Notes: generated by a model from the letters alone, not told the origin. Counted from the stretch's first letter, positions 38,374-49,292 are shown. The stretch is DNA of 64,000 nt from an uncultured Pseudomonadota bacterium (GCA_902781465.1 CACZJK010000002.1:38783-102782), one strand, 5' to 3'. Translations and numbers: made by a program.

Positions 38374-39494
38374 ATACAGATAAACTTATTATAACCGATA
38401 TGGGAGCCAGCACAGAACACAAACAATCTGAAAAATCTGTGTTATGTTTGGGCATAGAATCATCGTGTGATGAAACCAGTGCTGCAATTATAGACAGTGA
38501 CAGAAATATTTTGGCGCATATCATATATTCTCAAATTCCAGAACATCAAAAATACGGTGGTGTTGTTCCGGAACTTGCGGCACGCGCACATATATTGGCT
38601 ATTGATGAAGTTATTAAACTGACATTAGAACGCGCAAATAAAACGATTGATGACATAGATGTTGTTGCGGCAACTGCTGGCCCTGGTTTAATTGGTGGTG
38701 TTTTGGTTGGTTGGATGGCGGCGACAGGTATTGCAAATGCCACGAACAAACCACTGGTTGCGGTCAATCATTTGGAAGGACACGCATTGGTGCCACGTCT
38801 TAAAGCCGCATCTGCAACTGATTCTGCAACAAATATTGATGTAGAATTTCCTTATTTGTTAATGTTGGCATCTGGTGGGCATTGTCAGATATTATTGGTT
38901 CATGGTGTTGGCAAATATGAATTGATTGGTCAAACTTTGGACGACAGTGCTGGTGAGGCCTTTGATAAAATATCGAAAATGTTGGGTCTTGGGTATCCAG
39001 GCGGACCAATTGTTGACAAGCGTGCACAATTAGGAAATTCAAAACGTTTTCATTTCCCGCGCCCATTATGTGATAAACCAGGCTGCGATTTTTCTTTTTC
39101 TGGTATAAAGACAGCAGCCCGTATGTTGTTAGATAAAACACCGGAATCTGATATAAACGAACAGTTTATAAATGATTTTTGCGCATCTTTCCAATCAGCT
39201 GTGGTTGATTGTATAATAAACAGATTACACAACGCATTACACGATGAACGTGTTATTGCGGCAAATCCTAAAACAATGGTTGTTGCTGGTGGGGTTGCGA
39301 AAAACAGCGCTGTGCGTGCGGCTATGGAAGATTTGGCAAATAAATCAAATATGTTGTTTGCTGCACCGCCTATGAACCTGTGTACAGATAATGGTGCAAT
39401 GATTGCCTGGGCTGGTTTGGAAAACTATCGCGTTGGCAATGTTGTTTCTGAACCAATTGCGCCCCGCCCGCGTTGGCCATTGACAGAATTGTAA
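38370..39494 (+). CDS. tsaD: t6A37 threonylcarbamoyltransferase TsaD
   Basis: LGIESSCDETS, GGVVPELAARAH, NHLEGH, ASGGH, DDSAGEAFDK, CTDNGAMIA. Confidence 0.98.
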   Translation: MNTDKLIITDMGASTEHKQSEKSVLCLGIESSCDETSAAIIDSDRNILAHIIYSQIPEHQKYGGVVPELAARAHILAIDEVIKLTLERANKTIDDIDVVAATAGPGLIGGVLVGWMAATGIANATNKPLVAVNHLEGHALVPRLKAASATDSATNIDVEFPYLLMLASGGHCQILLVHGVGKYELIGQTLDDSAGEAFDKISKMLGLGYPGGPIVDKRAQLGNSKRFHFPRPLCDKPGCDFSFSGIKTAARMLLDKTPESDINEQFINDFCASFQSAVVDCIINRLHNALHDERVIAANPKTMVVAGGVAKNSAVRAAMEDLANKSNMLFAAPPMNLCTDNGAMIAWAGLENYRVGNVVSEPIAPRPRWPLTEL

Positions 39495-40357
39495 GCAGTT
39501 TCGAGTTTTTGAATATTTTCGTGTAATATTTTATTGTATATCAATGCCATTTTTGGTTGGTTTATTATTGAATTACAGGTTGACTGTATTGTGCGCAAAC
39601 AGTTAAATATGTTTACCATACCTTTGTCAGGTATTATGGTAATTTGCCTTTGTTTTGTTGTATTTTTGTATCTTTCAATCAATTTATTTGTGTCCAGCCA
39701 TTGTAATCGTGATAAGTCACTGAAAAACATATAATCAGCATTTTCGTATCGTGCCTCTGTAAAATCTATAAATGAAACGGTATTTGTTGTGATGTCAAAG
39801 AATATATTGTTTTCATTCATATCGCCGTGAAAGAAAACACGTGATGGCATTTTATTTGAATGCAATTTTAATAATTCGTATGCGTTATTAATCAGTGTAA
39901 AATCTTCGTCTGATATAAAATCTCGAACAGATTTTAATAAACTGATAAAATCTTTGCCATTTGCCATTTGAAATTGGCTTGTTATATCCAATACGGGCAT
40001 ATGTTGATTCATATCGGATATAAATATTGCCAATGTATTGTATATAATATCTTGCTGGGTTTTGTTAAGGCTAAAAAACAGCTCTTGTGTAATGGGTTTA
40101 CCATAAACGCGTTCTTCGCGTATATATGTGTTTGGATTGTCTGATACTTCAACAATTTTGGGGATAAAATACAATTTACGATTTCCGTTATATGATAATA
40201 ATCTGTTAACGACATCGCGCGCATGCTGTTGTCGTTTTACCCATTCGCCGACATGCGCAGGATTTGTTGCCGTTGGGTATTTTATAACATAATCACCGTC
40301 GGCAAAAACCAGGCTGTCGCGTGGCTTGTTTGTATTTATTTGTTTATTGTCTGACAT
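39425..40357 (-). CDS. Aminoglycoside phosphotransferase-like (APH) kinase
   Basis: YVIKYP, FFHGDMNENNIFFD, FIDFTE; likely start ATG 40357; 3' end overlaps tsaD by 70 bp. Confidence 0.82.
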   Translation of the reverse strand: MSDNKQINTNKPRDSLVFADGDYVIKYPTATNPAHVGEWVKRQQHARDVVNRLLSYNGNRKLYFIPKIVEVSDNPNTYIREERVYGKPITQELFFSLNKTQQDIIYNTLAIFISDMNQHMPVLDITSQFQMANGKDFISLLKSVRDFISDEDFTLINNAYELLKLHSNKMPSRVFFHGDMNENNIFFDITTNTVSFIDFTEARYENADYMFFSDLSRLQWLDTNKLIERYKNTTKQRQITIIPDKGMVNIFNCLRTIQSTCNSIINQPKMALIYNKILHENIQKLETAYNSVNGQRGRGAIGSETTLPTR

Positions 40358-40445
40358 GTGTAATATGTTATCATTTTTACAATACAATTGCAATTTTTTA
40401 ATATTTTGGTAAAATACAATAATCATTAAAACAAGTTGCAGAATT

Positions 40446-41678
40446 ATGTTACCTAAACCAGAACCTTTTGTTAAACCAGATATGATATTCAGCGTCTCTG
40501 ACGCATCCGCATTATTGAAAAATGTTGTAGAAACAGCTTTTCCTGAAATACGAATTCGTGGTGAATTGTCGCAAATTACACGTGCGACATCCGGACATAT
40601 GTATATGACTGTCAAAGATGCTAATGCTGCGATAAATGCAATTATTTGGCGCGGAACACCTGTTAATTTCAAATTGGAAGAAGGGACAGAAGTTATTGTC
40701 ACCGGTCGTTTTACAACATATCCTGCACGCAGTAATTATCAAATTATTATATCATCAATAGAGATGGCTGGTGTTGGTGCAATTCTTAAAATGTTGGAAG
40801 AACGCAAACGTAAATTGGCTGCCGAAGGCTTGTTTGACGCATCTCGTAAAAAAACTTTGCCACGTTTCCCGCAAACAATAGGTGTGGTGACCAGCCCTAC
40901 TGGTGCCGCTTTCCAGGATATTCAAAACAGATTGCGCGAAAGATTTCCGGTAAAAGTATTGTTATATCCTGCAACTGTTCAAGGTACAACTGCGGCGGCC
41001 GAAGTTGCAGCGGGTATTGAATATTTTAACACAAAAAATAATGTAGATGTGATTATCGTTGCACGTGGTGGTGGTGCATTGGAAGATTTGTTGCCTTTCA
41101 GCGAAGAAATCGTTGTTCGTGCTGCCGCAGCCAGTCATATACCATTGATTTCTGGTGTGGGGCACGAACCTGATTGGATGTTGATTGATTTTGCGGCCGA
41201 CGTTCGTGCGCCTACCCCAACTGGTGCGGCAGAAATGGTTGTGCCAACAAAAATATCCTTGATTCAAGAACTGGATAATTTATCGCATCGTTTAAATACG
41301 GCCTTTACAACGCATTTGGTTAATTTAAAACGTGGTTTGAATTCTATAAATCTTAAAAGTCCAAAACAGGTTTTGATGGAACAATCACAAAGACTGGATG
41401 ATTTGGCGCGCACTATGAATATTGTTATCGATAAAAAATTACAATACGTGCATCAACGAATTGAATTAATGTCGCGCTTTCCAACGATTTTATCAAACAG
41501 ATTGGCTGTTTTGAATCAGTCTGTAAATCATATGGGACAAATGTTAAATTCTTTGTCTTATAAAAATGTTTTACAACGTGGCTTTGCGATAGTTCGTGAC
41601 GCCGATAATAAAATAATCAGTACATCAACCGCATCGCCGGCATCTATTGAATTTAGTGACGGAATTATAAAGTTATGA
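40446..41678 (+). CDS. xseA: Exodeoxyribonuclease VII large subunit
   Basis: SGHMY, GVVTSPTGAA, ARGGGALEDL, SGVGHEPD, APTPTGAAE, VLQRGFAIV. Confidence 0.97.
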   Translation: MLPKPEPFVKPDMIFSVSDASALLKNVVETAFPEIRIRGELSQITRATSGHMYMTVKDANAAINAIIWRGTPVNFKLEEGTEVIVTGRFTTYPARSNYQIIISSIEMAGVGAILKMLEERKRKLAAEGLFDASRKKTLPRFPQTIGVVTSPTGAAFQDIQNRLRERFPVKVLLYPATVQGTTAAAEVAAGIEYFNTKNNVDVIIVARGGGALEDLLPFSEEIVVRAAAASHIPLISGVGHEPDWMLIDFAADVRAPTPTGAAEMVVPTKISLIQELDNLSHRLNTAFTTHLVNLKRGLNSINLKSPKQVLMEQSQRLDDLARTMNIVIDKKLQYVHQRIELMSRFPTILSNRLAVLNQSVNHMGQMLNSLSYKNVLQRGFAIVRDADNKIISTSTASPASIEFSDGIIKL

Positions 41679-42067
41679 TATACACCGGATATTGGTCTAA
41701 ATTAAAAGAATACGAACGATATGGATTAATCCCGGTTGGTATATCTGGCAAAATTCCAGACGGTTTTAATGGCGCAAGATATCAACAATTGGCACCTAAA
41801 TACAGTTGGTGGAAACAATGGCATGACGAACATATGTCTAATGATTGGTTTGTTGAGAAATATTATGAAACAGTATTATCGCAATTGAATCCAAATGAAG
41901 TTATTACTGATTTAAGTAAATTTGGCGCAAACGTTGTCCTGTTGTGTTATGAAACACCAGAAAAGTTTTGTCATCGGCATTTGGCGGCAGATTGGTTAAA
42001 CAAAAACACAGGTGCGGATATCATTGAATACGAATTGCCAGAAAAACAACCAGAATTTAATTTTTAA
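41675..42067 (+). CDS. DUF488-like protein
   Basis: IYTGYW, LAP, VLLCYE..FCHRHLAADWL. Confidence 0.8.
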   Translation: MIYTGYWSKLKEYERYGLIPVGISGKIPDGFNGARYQQLAPKYSWWKQWHDEHMSNDWFVEKYYETVLSQLNPNEVITDLSKFGANVVLLCYETPEKFCHRHLAADWLNKNTGADIIEYELPEKQPEFNF

Positions 42068-42146
42068 TTATTTTTTTAACAAAATGCTTGACAAATAAAT
42101 AATTTGTATTATATTATATTCGTATAAAGATGACAAAGGAGACGAA

Positions 42147-42539
42147 ATGTCAGGCATAATTAAAAATTTAACAAAAGAAAAATTGCAAGAAATCAAAGAT
42201 AGTATTGATATAAGCAAAACATACGTAACTTATGATAAAGAAGAAGTTTGGTATAAAAAGGATGTTTCTAACGAACGCCATATTTTTAAAGTATATTCTC
42301 TTGATGGAGATAAGGTATACAGTTTTATTATAAACAAAATCAAATCCTTTAACGGTGGTGTTTGTATGGCTTTTGATAACAAAAGCAACTTAATTGCTGC
42401 AGAAACATTTTTAGACTCGGAATTGAACAATACAAATTCTGTGCTTTTAAATTTTATAAATCAGCTTTATTGGTTTCGTAAGCAAAACTCATATATGTTT
42501 GATGCACGTATGATGAAAAATATGTTCAGATCCAGATAA
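42147..42539 (+). CDS. Hypothetical protein
   Basis: Own TTGACA box at 42088 and an AAGGAG RBS. Confidence 0.7.
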   Translation: MSGIIKNLTKEKLQEIKDSIDISKTYVTYDKEEVWYKKDVSNERHIFKVYSLDGDKVYSFIINKIKSFNGGVCMAFDNKSNLIAAETFLDSELNNTNSVLLNFINQLYWFRKQNSYMFDARMMKNMFRSR

Positions 42540-42559
42540 AAATGCTCTTTTGGGCATTT

Positions 42560-44212
42560 TTAATTTTTAATCAATGTTTTTGCGGATGCAATTGATTCTT
42601 CTGTAATTTTTGCACCACTGATTATGCGCGCGATTTCGTTTATTCGTTCGTCGCCAGTTATTTCGTCAACACTGGTTATTGTAGTGTCTTTATCACTGTG
42701 TTTTGAAATCTTGAAGTGTTTATCCGCAAAACCGGCAACCTGGGCAGAATGAGTGATAACCAACAATTGTTCGTTTTGTGCCAATTTATTTAGTCTTTCG
42801 CCAACCGCAGACGCTGTTGCACCACTGATTCCTGTATCTAATTCATCAAACACAATCGTCTTTTTGTCGTTTGGGTTATTAAGCGCGACACGTAACGCCA
42901 ACATAAAACGCGATAATTCGCCCCCAGACGCAATTTTGTGTAATGGTGCAAATGGTGTTCCAGGGTTTGTCTTTATCATAAATGTAATGGCGTCTGTGCC
43001 ATTTGCGGTTGGTTCACATTTTTGAATATCTACAACAAAGTCCGCAGAACCTAATTTCAAATCTGGCAATTCAGTAAGTATTTGTTTTCTTAAACTATCG
43101 GCCGCGTCTTTGCGTAAACCAGATAATTTGCTGGCAAATTCATTAAATGCTTTTGTGTATTTGTTAACATCGTTTTTACATTTTTGTAATTCAGCATCAG
43201 AATTATCAATTGCATTTAATTGATTTTCCATTTCAATCAATTTATCGTGTAATTCGTCTGCGCTGCAACGGTGTTTGCGTGCCGCCGCACGTATTGCGAA
43301 TAATCTTTCTTCAACAGAATCTATGTCGTCTATGTTTGTGTTTTCCGGATGTATTTGTTCGCCTATTTCTGCAACAGTTGAAGCAGCATCATACAATTTA
43401 TCAATTATTTCAGAATAAGGATTTGGATCTGTTTTTACGCGCTCTAAAATATGTGCAACAGAACAAATTTGTTCATCTAATGAATTACCGTTGTTTTTCA
43501 AAACATCCAAAGCGTCATTCAAAATACCTGCGTTTTTTTCAGCGTCCATCATCTTGGCGCGCGCATTTGCCAATTCTTCTTCTTCGCCAGGTTGTGGGTT
43601 TAATTTACGTAATTCATTAACATTGTGTTCCAAGAATTCACGTTCGGATTCTGATTTTTCAAGTAATTCGGTCAGTTGTTTTAATTTCTTTTGTGCTTCG
43701 TGTAAATCGCTGTACGCCGATTTAGTTTGCGACAACACAGATTCAAATTCTTTATTATACAACAGCGCATATTCATCCAACGAAGTCAGATGAGTTGTTG
43801 CATCTAACAGAGAATGATTTTCAAATTGTCCATGAATTTCAACTATCTCGTCACCTATTTGCTTTAATACCTTAACAGACACAGGAACATCGTTGACCCA
43901 GGCCCGGCTTTTGCCATCGGCAGATAAGGTTCTGCGTAAAATCAAACCATCACTATAATCTATGCCGTTTTCGTCCAATATTTCACGTGTTTTATCATTA
44001 ACAAAATCAAATTCAGCACTTACAGTTGCCATATCGCAGCCGCTGCGAATTAAACCTGTATCAGAACGCGCCCCCAGTGCCAAAGACAACGCATCAAGCA
44101 AAATACTTTTGCCGGCACCAGTTTCACCGGTCATAATATTAAGGCCTTTGCCAAACTGCAAATTCAGTTTTTCAATTAAAACGATATTTGAAATATATAA
44201 ACTGTTTAACAT
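42560..44212 (-). CDS. recN: DNA repair protein RecN
   Basis: TGETGAGKS, EIHGQ, ASGGELSR, FDELDTGISG, ITHSAQVA; start ATG 44212. Confidence 0.97.
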   Translation of the reverse strand: MLNSLYISNIVLIEKLNLQFGKGLNIMTGETGAGKSILLDALSLALGARSDTGLIRSGCDMATVSAEFDFVNDKTREILDENGIDYSDGLILRRTLSADGKSRAWVNDVPVSVKVLKQIGDEIVEIHGQFENHSLLDATTHLTSLDEYALLYNKEFESVLSQTKSAYSDLHEAQKKLKQLTELLEKSESEREFLEHNVNELRKLNPQPGEEEELANARAKMMDAEKNAGILNDALDVLKNNGNSLDEQICSVAHILERVKTDPNPYSEIIDKLYDAASTVAEIGEQIHPENTNIDDIDSVEERLFAIRAAARKHRCSADELHDKLIEMENQLNAIDNSDAELQKCKNDVNKYTKAFNEFASKLSGLRKDAADSLRKQILTELPDLKLGSADFVVDIQKCEPTANGTDAITFMIKTNPGTPFAPLHKIASGGELSRFMLALRVALNNPNDKKTIVFDELDTGISGATASAVGERLNKLAQNEQLLVITHSAQVAGFADKHFKISKHSDKDTTITSVDEITGDERINEIARIISGAKITEESIASAKTLIKN

Positions 44213-44248
44213 GCCAAGATTATAGACAAAAACGGCAACGAAATTCAA

Positions 44249-44695
44249 TTAAATAATTTTATCAAGCACCCAATCGTGCAACCATAAAATATAACCAGTT
44301 ATTTTATAACCAGGATACGCAGAATGCAGTAATTCCGCGTATTCTTTTAATTGGTATTTATATTGTTCTATGAACACGTTTTTATCTGTATCTGTTTTAT
44401 AGTCAATAAAATCTATGGTTTTGTGGTTATGGTTTATTAACAATCTGTCTATTCTGCGACTTACAAAATGTCCGCGAACATTGCCCGCAATTGGAACTTC
44501 TGTTTGTGTGTTTTTGCCAAAGAAATGTAATAAATCCGGGCGCTTTTTGATGTTGTCTATTATATCTGCATCGCCAGATTCAATATCTGCATCAATAACA
44601 ACGCGTTGTAAAAGCGCGTGCATGTGTGTTCCAGCATTTGTTGCAAACTCTTTATTCTTTGCACCAGTCAAAAATTCTGTCAGTTTCTGTGTCAT
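44249..44695 (-). CDS. Stand-alone PD-(D/E)XK nuclease equivalent to the AddA C-terminal domain
   Basis: GTHMHALLQ, EVPI, RIDRL, IDYKTD, QLKEY; ATG at 44695 lies inside the addA 3' end. Confidence 0.85.
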   Translation of the reverse strand: MTQKLTEFLTGAKNKEFATNAGTHMHALLQRVVIDADIESGDADIIDNIKKRPDLLHFFGKNTQTEVPIAGNVRGHFVSRRIDRLLINHNHKTIDFIDYKTDTDKNVFIEQYKYQLKEYAELLHSAYPGYKITGYILWLHDWVLDKII

Positions 44696-47294
44696 TTGTA
44701 ATCCGTAAAGTATCTTCGTTGATAAACAGTTCTTTTTTATCGCCAAAAACGGTCCACAATTGTTTGTGCCAAACCATCTCTGGCGCCCTGTCCATATCGC
44801 AACCATAAATATATAATTCATCGCGTGTACGTGTCATTGCTACATACAATAAACGATAATATTCTGCAATTTGGTCGGCCTTGTTTTTATCTATAATCGG
44901 TTGCAAAGTTTCACTGATTGTTGTTTTCCACAGCCAAATATCATAATTCATGTTGTTGTGTAAATGGTTAACATTTAATATCGTTTCAGGCTTTGGAAAG
45001 GTCAAAGTATCTATTAAAAACACAACAGGCGATGCCAACCCTTTGCTGCCATGAACGGTCATTATACGAACGCCTTGTGATGCATCCATATCGCGTTTAA
45101 TTTCACTGTCGCCAGTAATAAACCATTTTATAAAATGATATAATGTTCCGGGCTGAGTTCTTTCGTATGCCAAACACATTGTTAAAAATTCTTCGATTGG
45201 ATCAACAACTTGGTTGCCAAGCGCAGATATAAACTTTTTTCGTGTATTATTTTTATTCAAAATGTATGTAAAAAATGAATATGGCGCCAATGTTTTCGAC
45301 TTTTCAATTGTGTCCGAAATATCGTTATAAACATCTGGTGCTTGGGTGGCCAGAATTTCAAAAATCGTGGCATTTTCCGAATTATTTTTGTTTTTACATA
45401 AATTGAAAATATCGCGTTCTTTCAATTGGTAAATTGGGCTTTTTAATAAACAACATAAACTGTAATCGTCTGTTTTGTCTAAACAAAATCTGACCAAGTA
45501 AAGCATATCTTTTATTGCTGAAAATTCTGGTAATTTTATTCGGTCATTACCAGCAATATCTATACCACGTTTTTTCAATGCGTTTGATAACAAATCAACA
45601 TACGCCCCACGTTTTTGGACAAGAACCATAATGTCTTTTGGATTACGACCTTGACGAACCAGTTCCTCTATTTTATCAGCAATCATATTCACATAAAGTC
45701 GATTTTTATCAGTGCCAACTTTATCACATTTGAAAGTATCATGTATTTCAACAAAACCCGTATCGTTTGTTCTGAAACATTTGTGTTTGTTGTTATAAAA
45801 ACCGGTTTTTTGAACAATATCTGGACAACCAAAGAAACAATCAACCGTATCTAATATCGGTTTAACAGAGCGGAAACTTTGGTCCAACGCAACTTCGTGT
45901 ATTGTACGATAATTTTGTTGAATTTGATCTGATATGGCGTTACGACTTTCAGCAAACGCCCGTGGGTCGGCATTTTGAAACCCGTATATAGATTGTTTTG
46001 TGTCACCTACTACGAATATAGAACGATTGTTTTTAGTGTCGCCCTCTGTAAAGAAATCGCCGGCCAGGCTGCGCAGTATATTCCATTGTTGTGGACTGGT
46101 ATCTTGTGCTTCGTCAACCAATATATGTGACAAAGACACATCCAGTTGCGACAACACCCACCCCATAACATCAGGTTTGGAAAATAATTTCTGGGTATAT
46201 AAAATCAAATCTTCAAAATCTAATAAATTGCGTTCTTGTTTTATTTTGCGATAAGTATTTGCAAAATCCATAGCCAAATCAAATAAAGCGAGTGTATCTT
46301 TGAATATGGTCGTATTTAATATGTATTGTTGAGTATTATATACGCGGGTTGCTTCAACCAAAAAACAGTCATTTTTCAATACGTTTTTTATGATTGTGTT
46401 ATCGGCTGTTAAATATGCAGACTTATATTTATCAAAATTTATAGTGTTATCAACGTATTGTTTGGTTAAATCTATAATATTTTGTATGTATTGTGCCGGC
46501 TTTTTTGATGATTTTTGAATGTTTTCGGCAGATTCTATAATTTGTTTTAAATAATCTGGTTTAACATCGGTATCAATATCAGTGTCAAGATTCAGAATTT
46601 TTCGTGTTGTTTCAATAAAGTATTCGCGATATTTGGTAACATCTTCAACCTGAAAAAATGAACGATAACGCGATAATAATAATTCGCGTAATTCATCCAT
46701 AAAATGCTCTGATTTAATATCAATAATACGATAGAAAGCGTTTGTTGTATTTTGAACATCGCCCGTTCCATTAAAAGACTGTTTAATCATAGAATCAAAT
46801 GCATCTTGTAATAAAACAGATTGCGCAGCACCCGATACCAAAGACCAAGATGGTGATATTCCGGCCTCTAACGGGAATCTGTGTAAAATTTCTTCGCAAA
46901 AACTGTGTATGGTTTTTATTTTCAAAACTTCTGGATTGTCGATATACATATAAAAGACACGACGTGCATAGGTCAAATCTTGTTTGGTTGCTGGTGTGTT
47001 TTCTGATATACCATCCAAAAGTTCTGACAATTCATCGTCACCAGCCATTGCCCATTGGCGCAGTTGAGCCAAAATACGATTGCGCATTTCGCCTGCGGCG
47101 GCATTAGTATATGTTAAACAGAGTATCCCCGGTGCAATATCATTACTGAATTCGCCGTTTCGAAATAAAATACGCAATAAACGCCGAACCAGGACGGTTG
47201 TTTTGCCTGTTCCTGCGTTTGCTTGGACCCAAATGTTTTCAGATGGATTCGAAGCAATATTTTGCGACGAAGAAAAAACTTCATTTTGTGACAT
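44652..47294 (-). CDS. addA: AddA-type UvrD helicase lacking the fused nuclease domain
   Basis: ANAGTGKT, LTYTNAAAGEM, TIHSFC, VDEAQDT, VGDTKQSIYGFQ, MTVHGSKGL, RLLYVAMTR. Confidence 0.9.
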   Translation of the reverse strand: MSQNEVFSSSQNIASNPSENIWVQANAGTGKTTVLVRRLLRILFRNGEFSNDIAPGILCLTYTNAAAGEMRNRILAQLRQWAMAGDDELSELLDGISENTPATKQDLTYARRVFYMYIDNPEVLKIKTIHSFCEEILHRFPLEAGISPSWSLVSGAAQSVLLQDAFDSMIKQSFNGTGDVQNTTNAFYRIIDIKSEHFMDELRELLLSRYRSFFQVEDVTKYREYFIETTRKILNLDTDIDTDVKPDYLKQIIESAENIQKSSKKPAQYIQNIIDLTKQYVDNTINFDKYKSAYLTADNTIIKNVLKNDCFLVEATRVYNTQQYILNTTIFKDTLALFDLAMDFANTYRKIKQERNLLDFEDLILYTQKLFSKPDVMGWVLSQLDVSLSHILVDEAQDTSPQQWNILRSLAGDFFTEGDTKNNRSIFVVGDTKQSIYGFQNADPRAFAESRNAISDQIQQNYRTIHEVALDQSFRSVKPILDTVDCFFGCPDIVQKTGFYNNKHKCFRTNDTGFVEIHDTFKCDKVGTDKNRLYVNMIADKIEELVRQGRNPKDIMVLVQKRGAYVDLLSNALKKRGIDIAGNDRIKLPEFSAIKDMLYLVRFCLDKTDDYSLCCLLKSPIYQLKERDIFNLCKNKNNSENATIFEILATQAPDVYNDISDTIEKSKTLAPYSFFTYILNKNNTRKKFISALGNQVVDPIEEFLTMCLAYERTQPGTLYHFIKWFITGDSEIKRDMDASQGVRIMTVHGSKGLASPVVFLIDTLTFPKPETILNVNHLHNNMNYDIWLWKTTISETLQPIIDKNKADQIAEYYRLLYVAMTRTRDELYIYGCDMDRAPEMVWHKQLWTVFGDKKELFINEDTLRITNDTETDRIFDWCKE

Positions 47295-47372
47295 TTATAC
47301 TCTTGCTTTATATGAAAGATTTTAGTATAAATTTCCTTAGACTTCAAGGATGTTGTTTAAGGGAGAAATTTT

Positions 47373-49292
47373 ATGAATCAGACATTATTAATTATATCGT
47401 CAATACTTGGATTTTTATTATTTGTTAATTTGATTTGTTTGTTTTTTATTTCGCGCAAATCTCAACGTGTTATGCAATCTTTATTGGAAATTATGACGCG
47501 TCCGGAACAAGCAAAAGTCAAAGACGCAACGCGTGTATTACAGACCATATTAAAAGACGAAATCGCCAAGATAGATAACAATTTCAAATCTTTGTCGGAT
47601 ACTTTATCTAATCAAATTGCGCACACCGAAGAAATCAAACACAATCTTGGTGAACAGAACGACAAATTGGTTGCGACAGCCGATGAAGCAACCAAGAAAA
47701 TCGCACTTATGTCGCAAAGACTTGATAATACTATTGATGGTTTAAATAATATAGTATCTTCTAATGGCTGGGTGGAAGTACAACATAGCACTGACAACTT
47801 TTCTGCGACAATGGAAACATTGTTAAATAAAATATCAGATACAACCACAACGGCGACTGAAAACGCAACAAAAGTCCAAGAACAAATCAATCAATGCATT
47901 GAAACAGAAAACCAAATCAGCGAACAATTACAGTCGCATTTTACTAATAATACTGAAAATATGGAAAAATTGTCTGCATCGGCGGCTGATTTGCAACAAA
48001 AATTGTCTGATTTAAGCACCAGTGTCACAGGCGGTTTTGAAAACGTGACAACTGCGTCCCAAGGCTATGACGAAACAATGCATCAAAATGATAAATTATT
48101 AAGTGATTATCTGACAAAATTATCTGAATTTACAAAACGCGCAGGCAAAGAATTGACACGCCAAGTAAACACTATGACCGAAACCGCAAATGTAGTTGGT
48201 GCAAATGTTCGTATGGCTGAATCTTCGATTGATAAACAGTTGCGCAAATTAGAATCTGCGATTGATTCATTGAACAATTCAACAACCAACACAACAGAAT
48301 CTGTGCGTGGAATCACAAATGAATTGGCAGGATTAACCAATCGTTTCGACAGTGAAATTCATGAATTTTCAACTGGTGTAGTCAAAGAAATCAAAGATGT
48401 ATCTGGCGTGGCAAACGAAACATTGGAAAACACAAAATCTGCTGCAACTGAATTTGCAGATTCTGTAAAGAGTATGGGTATTGGTGTTCGTGAAACATTG
48501 ATTGAAATGAACAAAGCGCACACTCAATTATCAGGACAATCTGAAAACCTTATTAAAATGTCGCAAGACACCACAGAACAATTAAAACCTTTGTCCGAAT
48601 TGATTGAAAAGTATTATGTGGCCCTGCCCGATTTGGCGGCTGGTTCACGCGATATGAGTGAGAATTTGAACACTATCGTCAACACATTGGTTGAAAAAAT
48701 CAATACAATGAATACAACGATATCTGAATCTTTGGACAAGATAAATACTTCATCAACACAATTAGGTGATTTGGCGGGCGAATCACGTCAACAAATGATA
48801 GATTTGATGTCTGATTATGCCAAGGCTGTGGAAGCAATGCAAAGTTTGAACAAACAAATGATGGTCGCGCGTGCCTCTGCCCCTATGGATGCAATAAAAG
48901 TTGCACCTAATGCACCTTTTAAGCCGGTCAGCACGAAAGACTTTTTGAATAATGTTGATAAGTTATTTGAAAAATTATATGAACAAGCAGTTGATTTAAC
49001 ACGTGCAACAAATTCAGAAATTCCTGAAATCGTGTGGAATAAATATAATAGTGGCGACACAAAGATATTCGCGAAATGGTTGGTAAAAATGTTTAACGCA
49101 ACCGATAAAAAGCAGATTCGCGAATTGTTAAAATCTGATAAAATATTTAATTCCCAGGCAACACAATTTGTGCGCAATTTTGAAAAAATATTGGCTGGGG
49201 CTGATCAAACCAATGATGCAGACAAATTAAAAGCAACATTGTTAAAAACGGACCTTGGGACGATATATACTGCCTTGCACAAGAATATGTAA
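47373..49292 (+). CDS. Membrane-anchored long coiled-coil protein, TipN/GPR(RgsE)-like
   Basis: N-terminal TM, long coiled coil, C-terminal WNKYNSGD..F..FEKIL..TDLGTIY. Confidence 0.65.
   Translation: MNQTLLIISSILGFLLFVNLICLFFISRKSQRVMQSLLEIMTRPEQAKVKDATRVLQTILKDEIAKIDNNFKSLSDTLSNQIAHTEEIKHNLGEQNDKLVATADEATKKIALMSQRLDNTIDGLNNIVSSNGWVEVQHSTDNFSATMETLLNKISDTTTTATENATKVQEQINQCIETENQISEQLQSHFTNNTENMEKLSASAADLQQKLSDLSTSVTGGFENVTTASQGYDETMHQNDKLLSDYLTKLSEFTKRAGKELTRQVNTMTETANVVGANVRMAESSIDKQLRKLESAIDSLNNSTTNTTESVRGITNELAGLTNRFDSEIHEFSTGVVKEIKDVSGVANETLENTKSAATEFADSVKSMGIGVRETLIEMNKAHTQLSGQSENLIKMSQDTTEQLKPLSELIEKYYVALPDLAAGSRDMSENLNTIVNTLVEKINTMNTTISESLDKINTSSTQLGDLAGESRQQMIDLMSDYAKAVEAMQSLNKQMMVARASAPMDAIKVAPNAPFKPVSTKDFLNNVDKLFEKLYEQAVDLTRATNSEIPEIVWNKYNSGDTKIFAKWLVKMFNATDKKQIRELLKSDKIFNSQATQFVRNFEKILAGADQTNDADKLKATLLKTDLGTIYTALHKNM

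Noticed and set aside
40358-40702. N-terminal 115 aa of the 425-aa ORF 39425-40702
   Set aside because: It is antisense to xseA and the intergenic region; the kinase most plausibly starts at ATG 40357.
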